NCBI GenBank assembly: GCA_965658825.1
Contig: CBFHTU010000010.1
Span: forward strand, 13,866-77,865
Direction: 5' to 3'
Source: Yoonia sp.
GTDB lineage: Bacteria > Pseudomonadota > Alphaproteobacteria > Rhodobacterales > Rhodobacteraceae
DNA: 64,000 nt
The notes under the pieces are model-generated. The model searched no databases. It was not told where the DNA came from and saw nothing but the letters and a program-made list of their open reading frames with translations. Every line of letters begins with the position of its first letter. Positions within the stretch are counted from its first letter, which is position 1. The translations under genes and the position numbers were made by a program. This document shows positions 9,212-19,106 of the stretch, one piece after another.

Positions 9212-10455
9212 TAGACAATCCGCGCGCCTTTCTGACCGCACTCTTTCAAGCCGCCGTAGCGCGGGCCGACCCGATGCTTTGTCTTGCCGCGCATTTGCCG
9301 CCCAAACCCAAAGGTCGCCTGATCGTGATTGGTGCGGGCAAAGCAAGTGCGCGGATGGGCGAAGCCCTAGAGGCGGTCTATGGACCTTGCGAAGGGTTGA
9401 TCATCACGCGCTACGGCTACGCGCGGCCGTGCGAAGGCATTGAAATCGTCGAGGCGGCCCATCCCGTGCCCGACGCTGAGGGGGTTGCGGGGACGCAACG
9501 GATATTGGATCTCGTCTCGGACCTCGGCCCCGAGGATCAGGTCATTGCCCTCATTTCCGGCGGCGGATCATCGTTGCTTTGCGCGCCTGCACAGGGGCTG
9601 ACGCTTGATGACAAAAAGGCTGTCAACGCGGCATTGCTCGCCTCGGGTATGCCGATTTCGCAGATGAACATCGTGCGCAAGCAAGTCTCGGCGGTAAAGG
9701 GCGGCAAGCTGGCGGCGGCTGTTTATCCGGCCAGACTTCTGACGCTGACCATCTCTGATGTGCCCGGCGATGACCCCTCCGAGATCGCCTCGGGTCCGAC
9801 CGTCGGCAGTCTTGCTACGCCTGAAATGGCCCTCGCGGCCCTGCAACAGTGGAAGGTCGCTTTGCCTCATAATATCATGCAGGTCATCGCCAACGCACCC
9901 GCGCCGGTCCAGCCGGATGACCCGCGTCTCGTGACCGCGCAAACCCGTATTATCGCCGCGCCGGCGCAGTCTTTGGCCGCTGCGGCCGCCTTGGCCGAGG
10001 GCGTGGATGTCCGCCTGCTTGGCGATGCAATTGAAGGTGAAGCGCGCGATCTTGGATATGCGCAGGCGCAAATGGCGATGCAGATTGCGGCTGAAAGCCA
10101 CGCCCGTCCGGTTTTGCTGCTCTCTGGCGGGGAATGCACCGTGACGCGGCGCGGCGACGGGATTGGCGGGCCAAATGCGGAATATGTTCTGGCCGCAGGT
10201 TGCGCGCTCGACGGACACCCGCGCATCCATGTCTTGGCCTGTGACACGGACGGTGTTGACGGCGCCGCCGAGGTGGCAGGGGCCTACGCAGGACCAGATA
10301 TGCACAAACGGGCGCAGCTCGCGGGGGTGCGCGGCTCGGATGCGCTCGCACACAACGATGCGCACGGATTTTTTGCGAAAATCGACGGTCAAATCATCAC
10401 CGGCCCGACGCTGACAAATGTGAATGATTTTCGCGCCATTGTGATCATGCCCTGA
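9208..10455 (+). CDS. glycerate kinase type-2 / hydroxypyruvate reductase-like (DUF4147 + MOFRL)
   Basis: MIDNPRAFLTALFQAAVARADP...VIGAGKASARMG. ATGA start/stop overlap with the upstream gene; the GTG at 9199 is an alternative start. Confidence 0.85.
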   Translation: MIDNPRAFLTALFQAAVARADPMLCLAAHLPPKPKGRLIVIGAGKASARMGEALEAVYGPCEGLIITRYGYARPCEGIEIVEAAHPVPDAEGVAGTQRILDLVSDLGPEDQVIALISGGGSSLLCAPAQGLTLDDKKAVNAALLASGMPISQMNIVRKQVSAVKGGKLAAAVYPARLLTLTISDVPGDDPSEIASGPTVGSLATPEMALAALQQWKVALPHNIMQVIANAPAPVQPDDPRLVTAQTRIIAAPAQSLAAAAALAEGVDVRLLGDAIEGEARDLGYAQAQMAMQIAAESHARPVLLLSGGECTVTRRGDGIGGPNAEYVLAAGCALDGHPRIHVLACDTDGVDGAAEVAGAYAGPDMHKRAQLAGVRGSDALAHNDAHGFFAKIDGQIITGPTLTNVNDFRAIVIMP

Positions 10456-10594
10456 GCGTCAGGCAGAGGGTTTACTGCTGATCCGTCTGACCGAAGCGCG
10501 CAACAGGACCAGTCGGTTTAACCGTGGTCGGTCGGGTCTTGTGATGCGTCAAGGCGATTGGCGTTCCATAAGCCGCAGTGCAAACCGTCGGTGA

Positions 10595-10609
10595 AACCAA
10601 CCGTTGGTT
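10595..10609. promoter_or_regulatory. palindrome AACCAAC-C-GTTGGTT
   Basis: 7-bp arms around one central base, 26 bp upstream of the stronger palindrome and in the same intergenic region. Confidence 0.3.
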
Positions 10610-10634
10610 CGGTTAAGAATTTGTGCGCACGCGT

Positions 10635-10652
10635 TTTGCAACCGGTTGCAAA
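10635..10652. promoter_or_regulatory. perfect 18-bp palindrome TTTGCAACCGGTTGCAAA (LacI-family-like operator)
   Basis: Perfect dyad with a central CCGG, about 90 nt upstream of the ABC substrate-binding gene. The shape matches LacI/GalR-type operators (TG.AA.CG.TT.CA). Confidence 0.5.
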
Positions 10653-10741
10653 TAATCCGAATCCGTGTTTGACTTGCGAAGCTAGGCGGCCCGTGCTGCC
10701 TGAACTGCCAATTAAAAATGGTATCCTTGGGAGGAAACAAA

Positions 10742-11695
10742 ATGAAATCTATGATGAAAAAGCTGATGCTCACGGCCGCAGTGATTGCATCGCCGTTGAT
10801 GGCGACTGCAGAATCACACGGCGGCGATGATCTGACATATATCCTCGTGAGCCACGCGCCGGATTCCGACAGCTGGTGGAACACGATCAAAAACGGTATC
10901 GCGCTGGCTGGTGAGCAGATGGGTGTAACCGTCGAATACCGCAACCCGCCAACGGGCGACCTTGCCGATATGGCGCGGATCATCGAGCAGGCCGCGGCTT
11001 CCAGCCCTGATGGCATTATCACAACGCTTTCCGACTTTGACGTGCTCAAAGGGCCAATTATGGCGGCCGTGGATCAGGGCATCGACGTGATTATCATGAA
11101 CTCTGGGACACCAGCACAAGCCGCCGAAGTGGGCGCATTGATGTATGTTGGCCAGCCCGAGTATGACGCTGGTCTTGCTGCAGGTCAGCGCGCTGCGCGT
11201 GATGGCGTGGGGTCCTTCCTTTGCGTGAACCACTACATCAGCTCGCCGTCCTCGACCGAGCGTTGCCAAGGTTTCGCAGACGGTTTGGGTGTCGATCTGG
11301 GCAACCAGATGATCGATTCCGGCCAAGACCCTGCCGAGATCAAGAACCGCGTTCTGGCCTATCTGTCTGCCAATCCGGAAACCGATGCGATCCTGACGCT
11401 CGGGCCAACATCGGCTGATCCGACGATCCTCGCCTTGGAAGAAAACGGCATGGCCGGCGACATCTATTTTGGCACATTTGACCTTGGCGAAGAGATCGTC
11501 AAAGGCCTGAAGTCAGGCGTGATCAAGTGGGGCATCGACCAGCAGCCGTTCCTGCAGGCATACCTGCCTGTTGTGGTTTTGACCAACTATGACCGCTACG
11601 GCGTTTTGCCGGGTAACAACATCAACTCCGGCCCCGGCTTTGTGACCGCCGACGCTTTGGCCAAGGTTGAAGAGTTCGCAGGCGAATTCCGTTAA
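10742..11695 (+). CDS. sugar ABC transporter substrate-binding protein (ribose-type PBP1)
   Basis: GGGAGG RBS, then ATG 10742. Signal peptide MKSMMKKLMLTAAVIASPLMATA. Confidence 0.9.
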   Translation: MKSMMKKLMLTAAVIASPLMATAESHGGDDLTYILVSHAPDSDSWWNTIKNGIALAGEQMGVTVEYRNPPTGDLADMARIIEQAAASSPDGIITTLSDFDVLKGPIMAAVDQGIDVIIMNSGTPAQAAEVGALMYVGQPEYDAGLAAGQRAARDGVGSFLCVNHYISSPSSTERCQGFADGLGVDLGNQMIDSGQDPAEIKNRVLAYLSANPETDAILTLGPTSADPTILALEENGMAGDIYFGTFDLGEEIVKGLKSGVIKWGIDQQPFLQAYLPVVVLTNYDRYGVLPGNNINSGPGFVTADALAKVEEFAGEFR

Positions 11696-11772
11696 ATTGA
11701 TCAGAAATCGGGCGGCTTTGGCATTGGCTATTGCCGCCCTTTTTTCGCGCATTCTAACTCAGGATCATCCCC

Positions 11773-12885
11773 ATGTCAGATACCTCTTTCGACGACGAAC
11801 GCGTCAAGCAGATTTCGCCACTGCGCAAGGCACTTATCCGCCCAGAGCTTGGCGGGATTGTTGGCAATATCGCGGTTTTCACCTTCTTTCTTCTATTCGC
11901 CTTCGACAGCGGCATGTTTAGCCCGCAGGGGGTTTTGAACTGGTCGGTCGTGTCGGCGCAATTCATGATCATCGCGGTAGGCGCCTGTCTGCTGATGATT
12001 GCAGGCGAGTTTGATCTTTCGGTCGGCTCGATGATCGGCTTTGCGGGGATGATGATTGCCGTCTTTGGCGTCACTCTGGAGTGGCCCATGTGGGCGGCCA
12101 TTTTGATCACATTTGTGATCTGCATCGCCTTTGGTGCCTTGAACGGATATATCGTTGTGCGCACCGGATTGCCGAGTTTCATCGTGACCTTGGCCACCCT
12201 GTTCATTTTGCGCGGCTTTACAATTTTCATCCCGCAGACGCTTGAGCGCAAAACAATTATCGGCGGGATCAGAGAGGCGGCTGAAGGCGATTGGTTGGCC
12301 CCGATATTCGGGGGCAAGGTTTTCACGGGCTTTTTCCAATGGCTGGGTGATCAAGGGCTGATCATGGTGTTTGAACGCGGCAATCAAGCAGGCAAGCCTG
12401 TCGTGGACGGCATCCCGATGCTGATGGTTTGGGCGCTTGGCCTGATTATCTTTGGCCATATCGTGCTGACCCGCACCCGCTTTGGGAACTGGATTTTTGC
12501 CGCGGGTGGCGACGCGCAAGCCGCGCGCTATGTCGGTGTGCCTGTCAGCGCGGTTAAGATCAAAATGTTTATGTTCACCGCCTTCTGCGCCACGGTTTTT
12601 GCCGTGTGTCAGGTGATGGAATTCGGCTCTGCGGGGGCCGACCGCGGCATCCTCAAAGAGTTCGAGGCCATTATCGCGGTGGTTATCGGCGGCGCGCTTT
12701 TGACGGGGGGGTATGGCTCTGTGATCGGCGCGGCTTTGGGTGCGCTGATCTTTGGTGTGGTGCAGCAAGGCCTGTTCTTTGCCAATGTGGACAGCTCGCT
12801 GTTTCGCGTCTTCCTGGGGGTGATCTTGCTGCTGGCTGTGATCCTCAACACCTATATTCGCCGCCTTATCACGGGAGAACGCTGA
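11773..12885 (+). CDS. sugar ABC transporter permease
   Basis: 370-aa polytopic membrane protein directly after the SBP. Its stop overlaps the ATPase start (TGATG). Confidence 0.9.
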   Translation: MSDTSFDDERVKQISPLRKALIRPELGGIVGNIAVFTFFLLFAFDSGMFSPQGVLNWSVVSAQFMIIAVGACLLMIAGEFDLSVGSMIGFAGMMIAVFGVTLEWPMWAAILITFVICIAFGALNGYIVVRTGLPSFIVTLATLFILRGFTIFIPQTLERKTIIGGIREAAEGDWLAPIFGGKVFTGFFQWLGDQGLIMVFERGNQAGKPVVDGIPMLMVWALGLIIFGHIVLTRTRFGNWIFAAGGDAQAARYVGVPVSAVKIKMFMFTAFCATVFAVCQVMEFGSAGADRGILKEFEAIIAVVIGGALLTGGYGSVIGAALGALIFGVVQQGLFFANVDSSLFRVFLGVILLLAVILNTYIRRLITGER

Positions 12886-13661
12886 TGGAACCGATCATCC
12901 GCATGAACGACATCAAGAAGCATTTCGGCTCTGTTATCGCGCTCAACGGTGTGACGATCGATTTCTATCCGGGTGAATGTCATTGCCTTTTGGGCGATAA
13001 CGGAGCGGGGAAATCAACGTTCATCAAGACGATGTCGGGGGTTCATAAACCCACCTCCGGAGAGATCTTGTTTGAGGGCAAGCCGATGCACTTCGAGGAC
13101 CCGCGCGACAGCATCACGGCGGGGATTGCGACGGTTTACCAAGACCTCGCGATGATCCCGCTGATGTCGGTGAGCCGGAATTTCTTTATGGGCAACGAGC
13201 CGATCAAGAAATTTTTGGGCTTGCCTTTCTTCGACCACAAGCTTGCGAATGAAACGACGATGTCCGAGATGCGCGAGATGGGCATCAACCTGCGCGGCCC
13301 CGATCAAGCCGTTGGCACGCTTTCGGGCGGCGAGCGCCAGACGGTGGCGATTGCGCGTGCGGTCCATTTTGGAGCGAAGGTTCTGATCCTTGACGAGCCG
13401 ACTTCGGCGCTTGGTGTGCGTCAAACGGCAAATGTACTGGCGACGGTGGATAAGGTCCGCAAGCAGGGGATCGCCGTCGTGTTCATCACCCATAACGTCC
13501 GCCACGCGATGGCGGTGGGGGATCGCTTTACGGTGCTTAATCGCGGCAAAACTTACGGCACTGCGGCGCGCGGCGAGATCACCCCGGAAGAGTTGCAAGA
13601 CCTCATGGCCGGCGGTCAGGAACTGGCGACGCTGGAGGGTTCGCTTGGCGGCACGGTTTAA
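12885..13661 (+). CDS. sugar ABC transporter ATP-binding protein
   Basis: MEPIIRMNDIKKHFG... with Walker A GDNGAGKST, signature LSGGERQ and Walker B LILDEPTSAL. Start is M94 of ORF 12606..13661. Confidence 0.9.
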   Translation: MEPIIRMNDIKKHFGSVIALNGVTIDFYPGECHCLLGDNGAGKSTFIKTMSGVHKPTSGEILFEGKPMHFEDPRDSITAGIATVYQDLAMIPLMSVSRNFFMGNEPIKKFLGLPFFDHKLANETTMSEMREMGINLRGPDQAVGTLSGGERQTVAIARAVHFGAKVLILDEPTSALGVRQTANVLATVDKVRKQGIAVVFITHNVRHAMAVGDRFTVLNRGKTYGTAARGEITPEELQDLMAGGQELATLEGSLGGTV

Positions 13662-13681
13662 CCGCCGCGGCGCAGTCGGGC

Positions 13682-14131
13682 TCAAACTGCTGGCCTAAGC
13701 TCCTTGGCGATGGTCAGCAGGAATCGGCGTAGAAGCGCTTGCTCGTCGGCGGAAAAGGGGGCCATGAGCGTTTCATTGTAGCGCGCGGCCTCTCCAATAA
13801 GATCCTGAAACGCGGCGTGACCCTGCTTTGTCAGTGTCAGAACCTCGTGCCTGCGGTCATCGGGTCGCGTCTTGCGGCTCAGGAAACGCCGCCGTTCCAA
13901 GGCCGCGACTGCGCGGCTGATCTTGGTCTTATGCAGGTCGGCCCGCAAGCTGATGTCTTTTGCCGTTAGATCCCCGTATCGGCCAAGATGAAACAGCACA
14001 CGCCATTCTGTCCGCAGCATCCCGTATTTCGATTTGTAGGATTTCTGGAACGACTGGCTTGTCGCCTCGGCTGCGCGGTTCAGCAGATACGGCATAAACT
14101 CCTGAAGCTGGAATGCATCATTTTGGCTCAT
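13682..14131 (-). CDS. MarR family transcriptional regulator
   Basis: [21 protein letters not shown]...[30 protein letters not shown] is a winged HTH. Divergent from hmgA. Confidence 0.85.
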   Translation of the reverse strand: MSQNDAFQLQEFMPYLLNRAAEATSQSFQKSYKSKYGMLRTEWRVLFHLGRYGDLTAKDISLRADLHKTKISRAVAALERRRFLSRKTRPDDRRHEVLTLTKQGHAAFQDLIGEAARYNETLMAPFSADEQALLRRFLLTIAKELRPAV

Positions 14132-14204
14132 GCCCCATATTAAAGCGTTGATAGTTACAAATGCAACCACTACCCCAAGAGTGATCTGCAAAAAGGACTG
14201 TCCC

Positions 14205-15554
14205 ATGTCTACGAAGTCTGCGCCGCATACCCTGACCCAAGCCCCAAAGCAGGCGGCATATATGCCCGGCTTTGGGAATGATTTCGAGACAGAGGCATTG
14301 CCCGGCGCGCTGCCGCAGGGGATGAACAGCCCGCAAAGGTGCAACTACGGGCTTTACGGCGAGCAATTGTCAGGGACGGCTTTTACCGCGCCGCGCCACC
14401 AAAACGAGCGGACGTGGTGTTACCGCATCCGCCCGTCGGTCAAGCATTCGCATCGCTATACGCGCATTGACTTGCCGTACTGGAAATCGGCCCCGCATGT
14501 GGTCGCGGATGTCACCTCGCTGGGCCAGTACCGATGGGATCCGCTGCCCCATAGCGACACGCCGCTGACGTGGTTGACGGGCATGCGCACCATGACGACG
14601 GCAGGGGACGTGAACACGCAGGTGGGCATGGCCACACATATTTATCTGGTCACGCAAAGCATGGTGGACGCCTATTTCTATTCGGCAGACTCCGAGTTGC
14701 TGGTCGTGCCGCAAGAAGGCAAGCTGCGGTTCTGCACCGAGTTGGGCATTATCGACGTGGAACCGCAAGAAATCGCGATATTGCCGCGCGGGCTGGTTTA
14801 CCGCGTCGAAGTGCTTCAGGGTCCGTGTCGCGGCTTTGTCTGCGAAAACTACGGCCAGAAATTCGAACTGCCAAGCAGAGGGCCGATCGGGGCTAACTGC
14901 ATGGCAAACCCGCGTGATTTCAAGACGCCCGTTGCCGCATTCGAGGACCGCGAAGTGCCCTCCACTGTCACCATCAAATGGTGCGGCCAGTTTCACGAGA
15001 CGCAGATCGGGCAGTCTCCGCTGGATGTGGTCGCTTGGCATGGCAATTACGCCCCCTGCAAATACGACCTGCAAACCTATTGCCCTGTCGGAGCGGTCCT
15101 GTTTGATCATCCCGATCCGTCGATTTTTACCGTGCTCACCGCGCCGTCGGGGCAAGAGGGGACCGCCAATATCGACTTTGTCTTGTTTCGCGAGCGCTGG
15201 ATGGTGGCAGAGAATACATTCCGCCCGCCTTGGTATCACAAGAACATTATGTCCGAATTGATGGGCAATATTTACGGGCAATATGACGCCAAGCCCAAGG
15301 GATTTGTGCCGGGCGGGGTCAGTCTGCATAATATGATGCTGCCACATGGCCCGGACAAAAATGCGTTTGAGGGTGCGTCGCGGGCGGCGTTGAAAGCTGA
15401 AAAGCTCGATCACACCATGTCGTTCATGTTCGAAACCCGCTTCCCGCAGCATTTGACCCGTTTCGCAGCCCAAGAGGCGCCCCTGCAGGACGATTACATT
15501 GATTGCTGGGAAAGCCTTGAGAAAAAGTTCGACGGTACGGCGGGCGAGAAATGA
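14205..15554 (+). CDS. hmgA: homogentisate 1,2-dioxygenase
   Basis: MSTKSAPH...[46 protein letters not shown] is the classic HmgA N-terminus. 449 aa. Confidence 0.95.
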   Translation: MSTKSAPHTLTQAPKQAAYMPGFGNDFETEALPGALPQGMNSPQRCNYGLYGEQLSGTAFTAPRHQNERTWCYRIRPSVKHSHRYTRIDLPYWKSAPHVVADVTSLGQYRWDPLPHSDTPLTWLTGMRTMTTAGDVNTQVGMATHIYLVTQSMVDAYFYSADSELLVVPQEGKLRFCTELGIIDVEPQEIAILPRGLVYRVEVLQGPCRGFVCENYGQKFELPSRGPIGANCMANPRDFKTPVAAFEDREVPSTVTIKWCGQFHETQIGQSPLDVVAWHGNYAPCKYDLQTYCPVGAVLFDHPDPSIFTVLTAPSGQEGTANIDFVLFRERWMVAENTFRPPWYHKNIMSELMGNIYGQYDAKPKGFVPGGVSLHNMMLPHGPDKNAFEGASRAALKAEKLDHTMSFMFETRFPQHLTRFAAQEAPLQDDYIDCWESLEKKFDGTAGEK

Positions 15555-16801
15555 CCTTGCAACGCTCTTGGGTCGCTAGCGCCAATAACGCCGAAACACC
15601 GTTTCCACTCCACAATCTGCCCTGCGGGGTTTTCGCGCATCCTGACAGGACGCAGCCGCGCTGCGGTGTGGCAATCGGGGATATGGTTTTCGATCTGTAT
15701 CAGGCCGAGGCGGAGGGGCTGATTGCGATCACTGACGCACCTGTCTTTGACCAGCCCTCTTGGAACAAGCTGATGGCAACGGGGCCTGCCACATGGGCCG
15801 ATTTGCGCGCGCGGCTTATGGCGCTTTTGTCCGAACAGGCGCCGCCGCGGCCTGACTACCTCGTGGCGCAAGCGGATGTCGCGCTTTTGATGCCGTTTCA
15901 GGTGGCCGAATTTACCGATTTCTACGCGGGCAAACAACATGCCACGAATGTCGGCACCATGTTTCGCGGGGCAGAAAACGCCTTGCCGCCGAATTGGCTG
16001 CACATGCCGATCGGGTATAATGGGCGGGCCTCGACTGTTGTGGTGTCAGGCACACCGATCGTGCGACCGAACGGCCAGACCAAGGCCCCTGACGCCGCCT
16101 TGCCGACCTTTGGCCCCAGTAAACGGCTTGATATCGAACTGGAGATCGGCGCGGTGATTGGCGGCTCAAATGCGATGGGCTGTCCGGTCTCGGTGCAAGA
16201 GGCCGACGCGATGATTTTCGGCTATGTCCTGCTCAATGACTGGTCGGCGCGCGACATTCAGGCGTGGGAGTATCAGCCGCTCGGCCCGTTTCAGGCCAAG
16301 GCCTTTGCAACTTCGATCAGCCCTTGGATCGTGACGAAAGAGGCCCTTGCGCCGTTCCGCGTGCCGACACCCGAGCGTGAACAGCCGCTGCTGCCGTATT
16401 TGGAAGAGCCCGGTCCGATGCTCTACGACATTGATCTGGCTGTCACACTGGCGCCAAAGGGCAAGTCCCCGACGACAATCGCGCGCACAAACTATCGCCA
16501 GATGTATTACTCTGCCGCCCAGCAGCTGGCACATCACGCCGCGTCGGGGTGCGCGATGATGGTGGGTGATCTCATCGGGTCGGGTACGATTTCTGGGCCG
16601 CAGACCTCCGAGCGCGGCTCCTTGTTAGAGCTGACATGGGGCGGCACAGAGCCGATCACCCTCGATACAGGCGAGACCCGCGCCTTTGTCGAAGACGGCG
16701 ATACGTTGACGCTGAAGGGGGCTGCAAAAGGTGCGGGGTTCCAGATCGGGTTTGGCGAGTGTACTGGCACGATTTTGCCCGCGAAACCTTACCTCGTTTG
16801 A
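15551..16801 (+). CDS. fahA: fumarylacetoacetase
   Basis: NLPCGVF...[13 protein letters not shown]...[25 protein letters not shown] overlap with hmgA. Confidence 0.95.
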   Translation: MTLQRSWVASANNAETPFPLHNLPCGVFAHPDRTQPRCGVAIGDMVFDLYQAEAEGLIAITDAPVFDQPSWNKLMATGPATWADLRARLMALLSEQAPPRPDYLVAQADVALLMPFQVAEFTDFYAGKQHATNVGTMFRGAENALPPNWLHMPIGYNGRASTVVVSGTPIVRPNGQTKAPDAALPTFGPSKRLDIELEIGAVIGGSNAMGCPVSVQEADAMIFGYVLLNDWSARDIQAWEYQPLGPFQAKAFATSISPWIVTKEALAPFRVPTPEREQPLLPYLEEPGPMLYDIDLAVTLAPKGKSPTTIARTNYRQMYYSAAQQLAHHAASGCAMMVGDLIGSGTISGPQTSERGSLLELTWGGTEPITLDTGETRAFVEDGDTLTLKGAAKGAGFQIGFGECTGTILPAKPYLV

Positions 16802-16891
16802 GGCCAGCGCGGGGTTTGCGGTAGCGGGACGGTCATGGCGGCGTCTATGGTGATCACAAAGCGGCACGGCGTAACATGGTGGGATTTGAAA

Positions 16892-18007
16892 ATGGCAGCA
16901 CTGAAACTGGGCATGGTCGGGGGCGGGCAGGGCGCGTTTATTGGTGGCGTGCACCGCATTGCCGCGCGACTGGACGGCTGCTTTGATCTGGTGGCGGGGG
17001 CTTTCTCGTCTGATCCGGCGCGTGCGCATGCATCCGCTGCCGAATTGGGAATTGCTGCGGAGCGGTCCTATGCGGATTTCCGCGTGATGGCTGCGGCAGA
17101 GGCGGCGCGGCCCGATGGGATTGACGCGGTTGCCATCGTGACCCCAAACCACTTGCACGGCCCCATTGCAGAAGCGTTTCTGGCCCAAGGCATCCATGTG
17201 ATTTGTGACAAACCGATGACGGCGACGCTCGCGCAGGCCGAAGCCTTGATGGCGGTTGCTGAGACGTCGACTGCATCATTCTTTTTGACCCACAACTACA
17301 CAGGCTATCCGATGGTCCGGCAGGCGCGGCAAATGGTGGCGGACGGCGCGCTGGGCGATCTGCGGATTGTGCAAGCCAACTATTTGCAGGACTGGCTGAG
17401 CGAGACACCCGCCGCCGACAACAAGCAAGCGGCCTGGCGCACGGATCCCGCGCAAGCGGGGGGCGGCGCGATCGGGGATATCGGCACACATGCGTTTAAC
17501 CTGATGAGCTTTGTAACGGGCGAAAATGCCAGCGCCCTGAGCGCGACTTTGCGGGCCCATGTGGCAGGTCGGGCGGTTGACGATGACGCGCGCGTGGCGC
17601 TGCACTTTGAAAGTGGCGCACAGGGGCACATCTGGGCCAGTCAAGTCGCTGTCGGCAATGAGAATAACCTGACCTTGGCGGTCTACGGGACTGAAGGCTC
17701 GCTCAAATGGGCGCAAGAACAGCCCAATAGCCTTTGGTACGCCAAACGGGGCGCACCGCCGCAATTGATCACCCGAGGCAGTGCGGCGGCGTATCCTGCC
17801 GCCGTGGCAGTGACGCGCGTGCCAGCGGGGCATCCCGAAGGCTATCTGGAGGCCTTTGCGACGCTCTATCGCGAGGCGGCAGAGGCGATATCTGGGCAAG
17901 GCAACCCCGCGCTGATCGGCTTGGCCGAGGGGTTAAGCGGCGTGCGCTTCGTCGACGCCTGCCAACGGTCATCGGATGCAGGGTCGGTCTGGGTCTCACT
18001 GACATAG
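16892..18007 (+). CDS. Gfo/Idh/MocA family oxidoreductase
   Basis: MAALKLGMVGGGQGAFIGGVHR is an N-terminal Rossmann motif. 371 aa from ATG 16892. Confidence 0.85.
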   Translation: MAALKLGMVGGGQGAFIGGVHRIAARLDGCFDLVAGAFSSDPARAHASAAELGIAAERSYADFRVMAAAEAARPDGIDAVAIVTPNHLHGPIAEAFLAQGIHVICDKPMTATLAQAEALMAVAETSTASFFLTHNYTGYPMVRQARQMVADGALGDLRIVQANYLQDWLSETPAADNKQAAWRTDPAQAGGGAIGDIGTHAFNLMSFVTGENASALSATLRAHVAGRAVDDDARVALHFESGAQGHIWASQVAVGNENNLTLAVYGTEGSLKWAQEQPNSLWYAKRGAPPQLITRGSAAAYPAAVAVTRVPAGHPEGYLEAFATLYREAAEAISGQGNPALIGLAEGLSGVRFVDACQRSSDAGSVWVSLT

Positions 18008-18031
18008 CGTCGTCGGTTTTTGGGGTGGCAT

Positions 18032-18059
18032 GATCGCTTGGCGCAAGGTCCAAGCGATC
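18032..18059. terminator. hairpin between convergent genes
   Basis: GATCGCTTGG/CCAAGCGATC form a 10-bp perfect stem with an 8-nt loop, between the stop at 18007 (+) and the stop at 18072 (-). Confidence 0.5.
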
Positions 18060-18071
18060 GACCTTCTGTAT

Positions 18072-19106
18072 TTAGACGCGCAAACCGCTCTCTTTGTAAA
18101 AGTAGTGCGCAAGCTCTGGCTTGACCGTAAACCCGATGGTCTCGCCTTTTTGCGCAACTGGCGGCTTTTCAGACTTTGCGATAAACTCGACACCCGTTGC
18201 TGTGACGAGGTGCACCAAGGCGTATTCGCCAAGGTTTTCGACCAGTTCCAGCCGCCCCTGTACAACCGCATTGTCCGCATCTGTTGCGATGAGGTTCTCA
18301 GGGCGTAGACCTAGCTCTTGGGTTGCCGCAACGTCTTTACCCAGACCGCGCGCGGCATTCGGCGCAAGATCACCCGCTGAAAAGAAATTCATCTTCGGGC
18401 TGCCGATGAACTGGGCGACAAAGGCGTTCGCGGGACGTTCGTAAAGTTCGATAGGCGATCCGACCTGTTCGATCCGGCCTGCGCGCAACACAACGATTTT
18501 ATCGGCCAATGTCATGGCTTCGACCTGATCGTGGGTCACATAGATCATCGTGGTCTTGAGACGCTCGTGCAGACGGGCGATTTCGAGCCGGGTCTGAACG
18601 CGCAGAGCGGCATCAAGGTTGGAGAGAGGCTCGTCGAACAGGAACACGTCCGGATCACGCACAATCGCACGACCAATCGCCACGCGCTGACGTTGACCGC
18701 CAGAAAGGTTGCGCGGGCTGCGATCAAGATAGTCGGTGATTTGCAAAATCTCGGCAGCCGCCCTCACACGACGGTCAATCTCGGCAGGATCGGTTTTCGC
18801 CTGTTTGAGGCCGAACGCCATGTTCTTATAGACCGTCATATGCGGGTAAAGCGCATAAGATTGGAACACCATCGCCACACCGCGCTTGGCTGCGGCGACA
18901 TCATTGACGACCTTATCGCCAATTTTTACAGTGCCGCCGGAAATTTCCTCAAGGCCCGCGATCATGCGCAAAAGCGTCGACTTGCCACAGCCTGACGGGC
19001 CAACAAATACGACGAACTCACCGTCTTCGATGTCGAGATCAACGCCATGCATCACCTGCACATCGCCATAGCTTTTCAGAACATTGCGTAGGGTTAGACC
19101 GGACAT
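18072..19106 (-). CDS. ABC transporter ATP-binding protein (MalK/UgpC-type, polyol/sugar)
   Basis: GPSGCGKST, LSGGQRQR, FLFDEPLSNLD, plus a C-terminal regulatory/TOBE-like extension. 344 aa. Confidence 0.9.
   Translation of the reverse strand: MSGLTLRNVLKSYGDVQVMHGVDLDIEDGEFVVFVGPSGCGKSTLLRMIAGLEEISGGTVKIGDKVVNDVAAAKRGVAMVFQSYALYPHMTVYKNMAFGLKQAKTDPAEIDRRVRAAAEILQITDYLDRSPRNLSGGQRQRVAIGRAIVRDPDVFLFDEPLSNLDAALRVQTRLEIARLHERLKTTMIYVTHDQVEAMTLADKIVVLRAGRIEQVGSPIELYERPANAFVAQFIGSPKMNFFSAGDLAPNAARGLGKDVAATQELGLRPENLIATDADNAVVQGRLELVENLGEYALVHLVTATGVEFIAKSEKPPVAQKGETIGFTVKPELAHYFYKESGLRV

Noticed and set aside
8286-18007. Genomic island integrated at tRNA-Ser.
   Set aside because: By eye I found no integrase and no direct repeat of the tRNA 3' end downstream. 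The downstream genes are ordinary catabolic genes with host-like composition. Only the 240 bp right after the tRNA is AT-richer.
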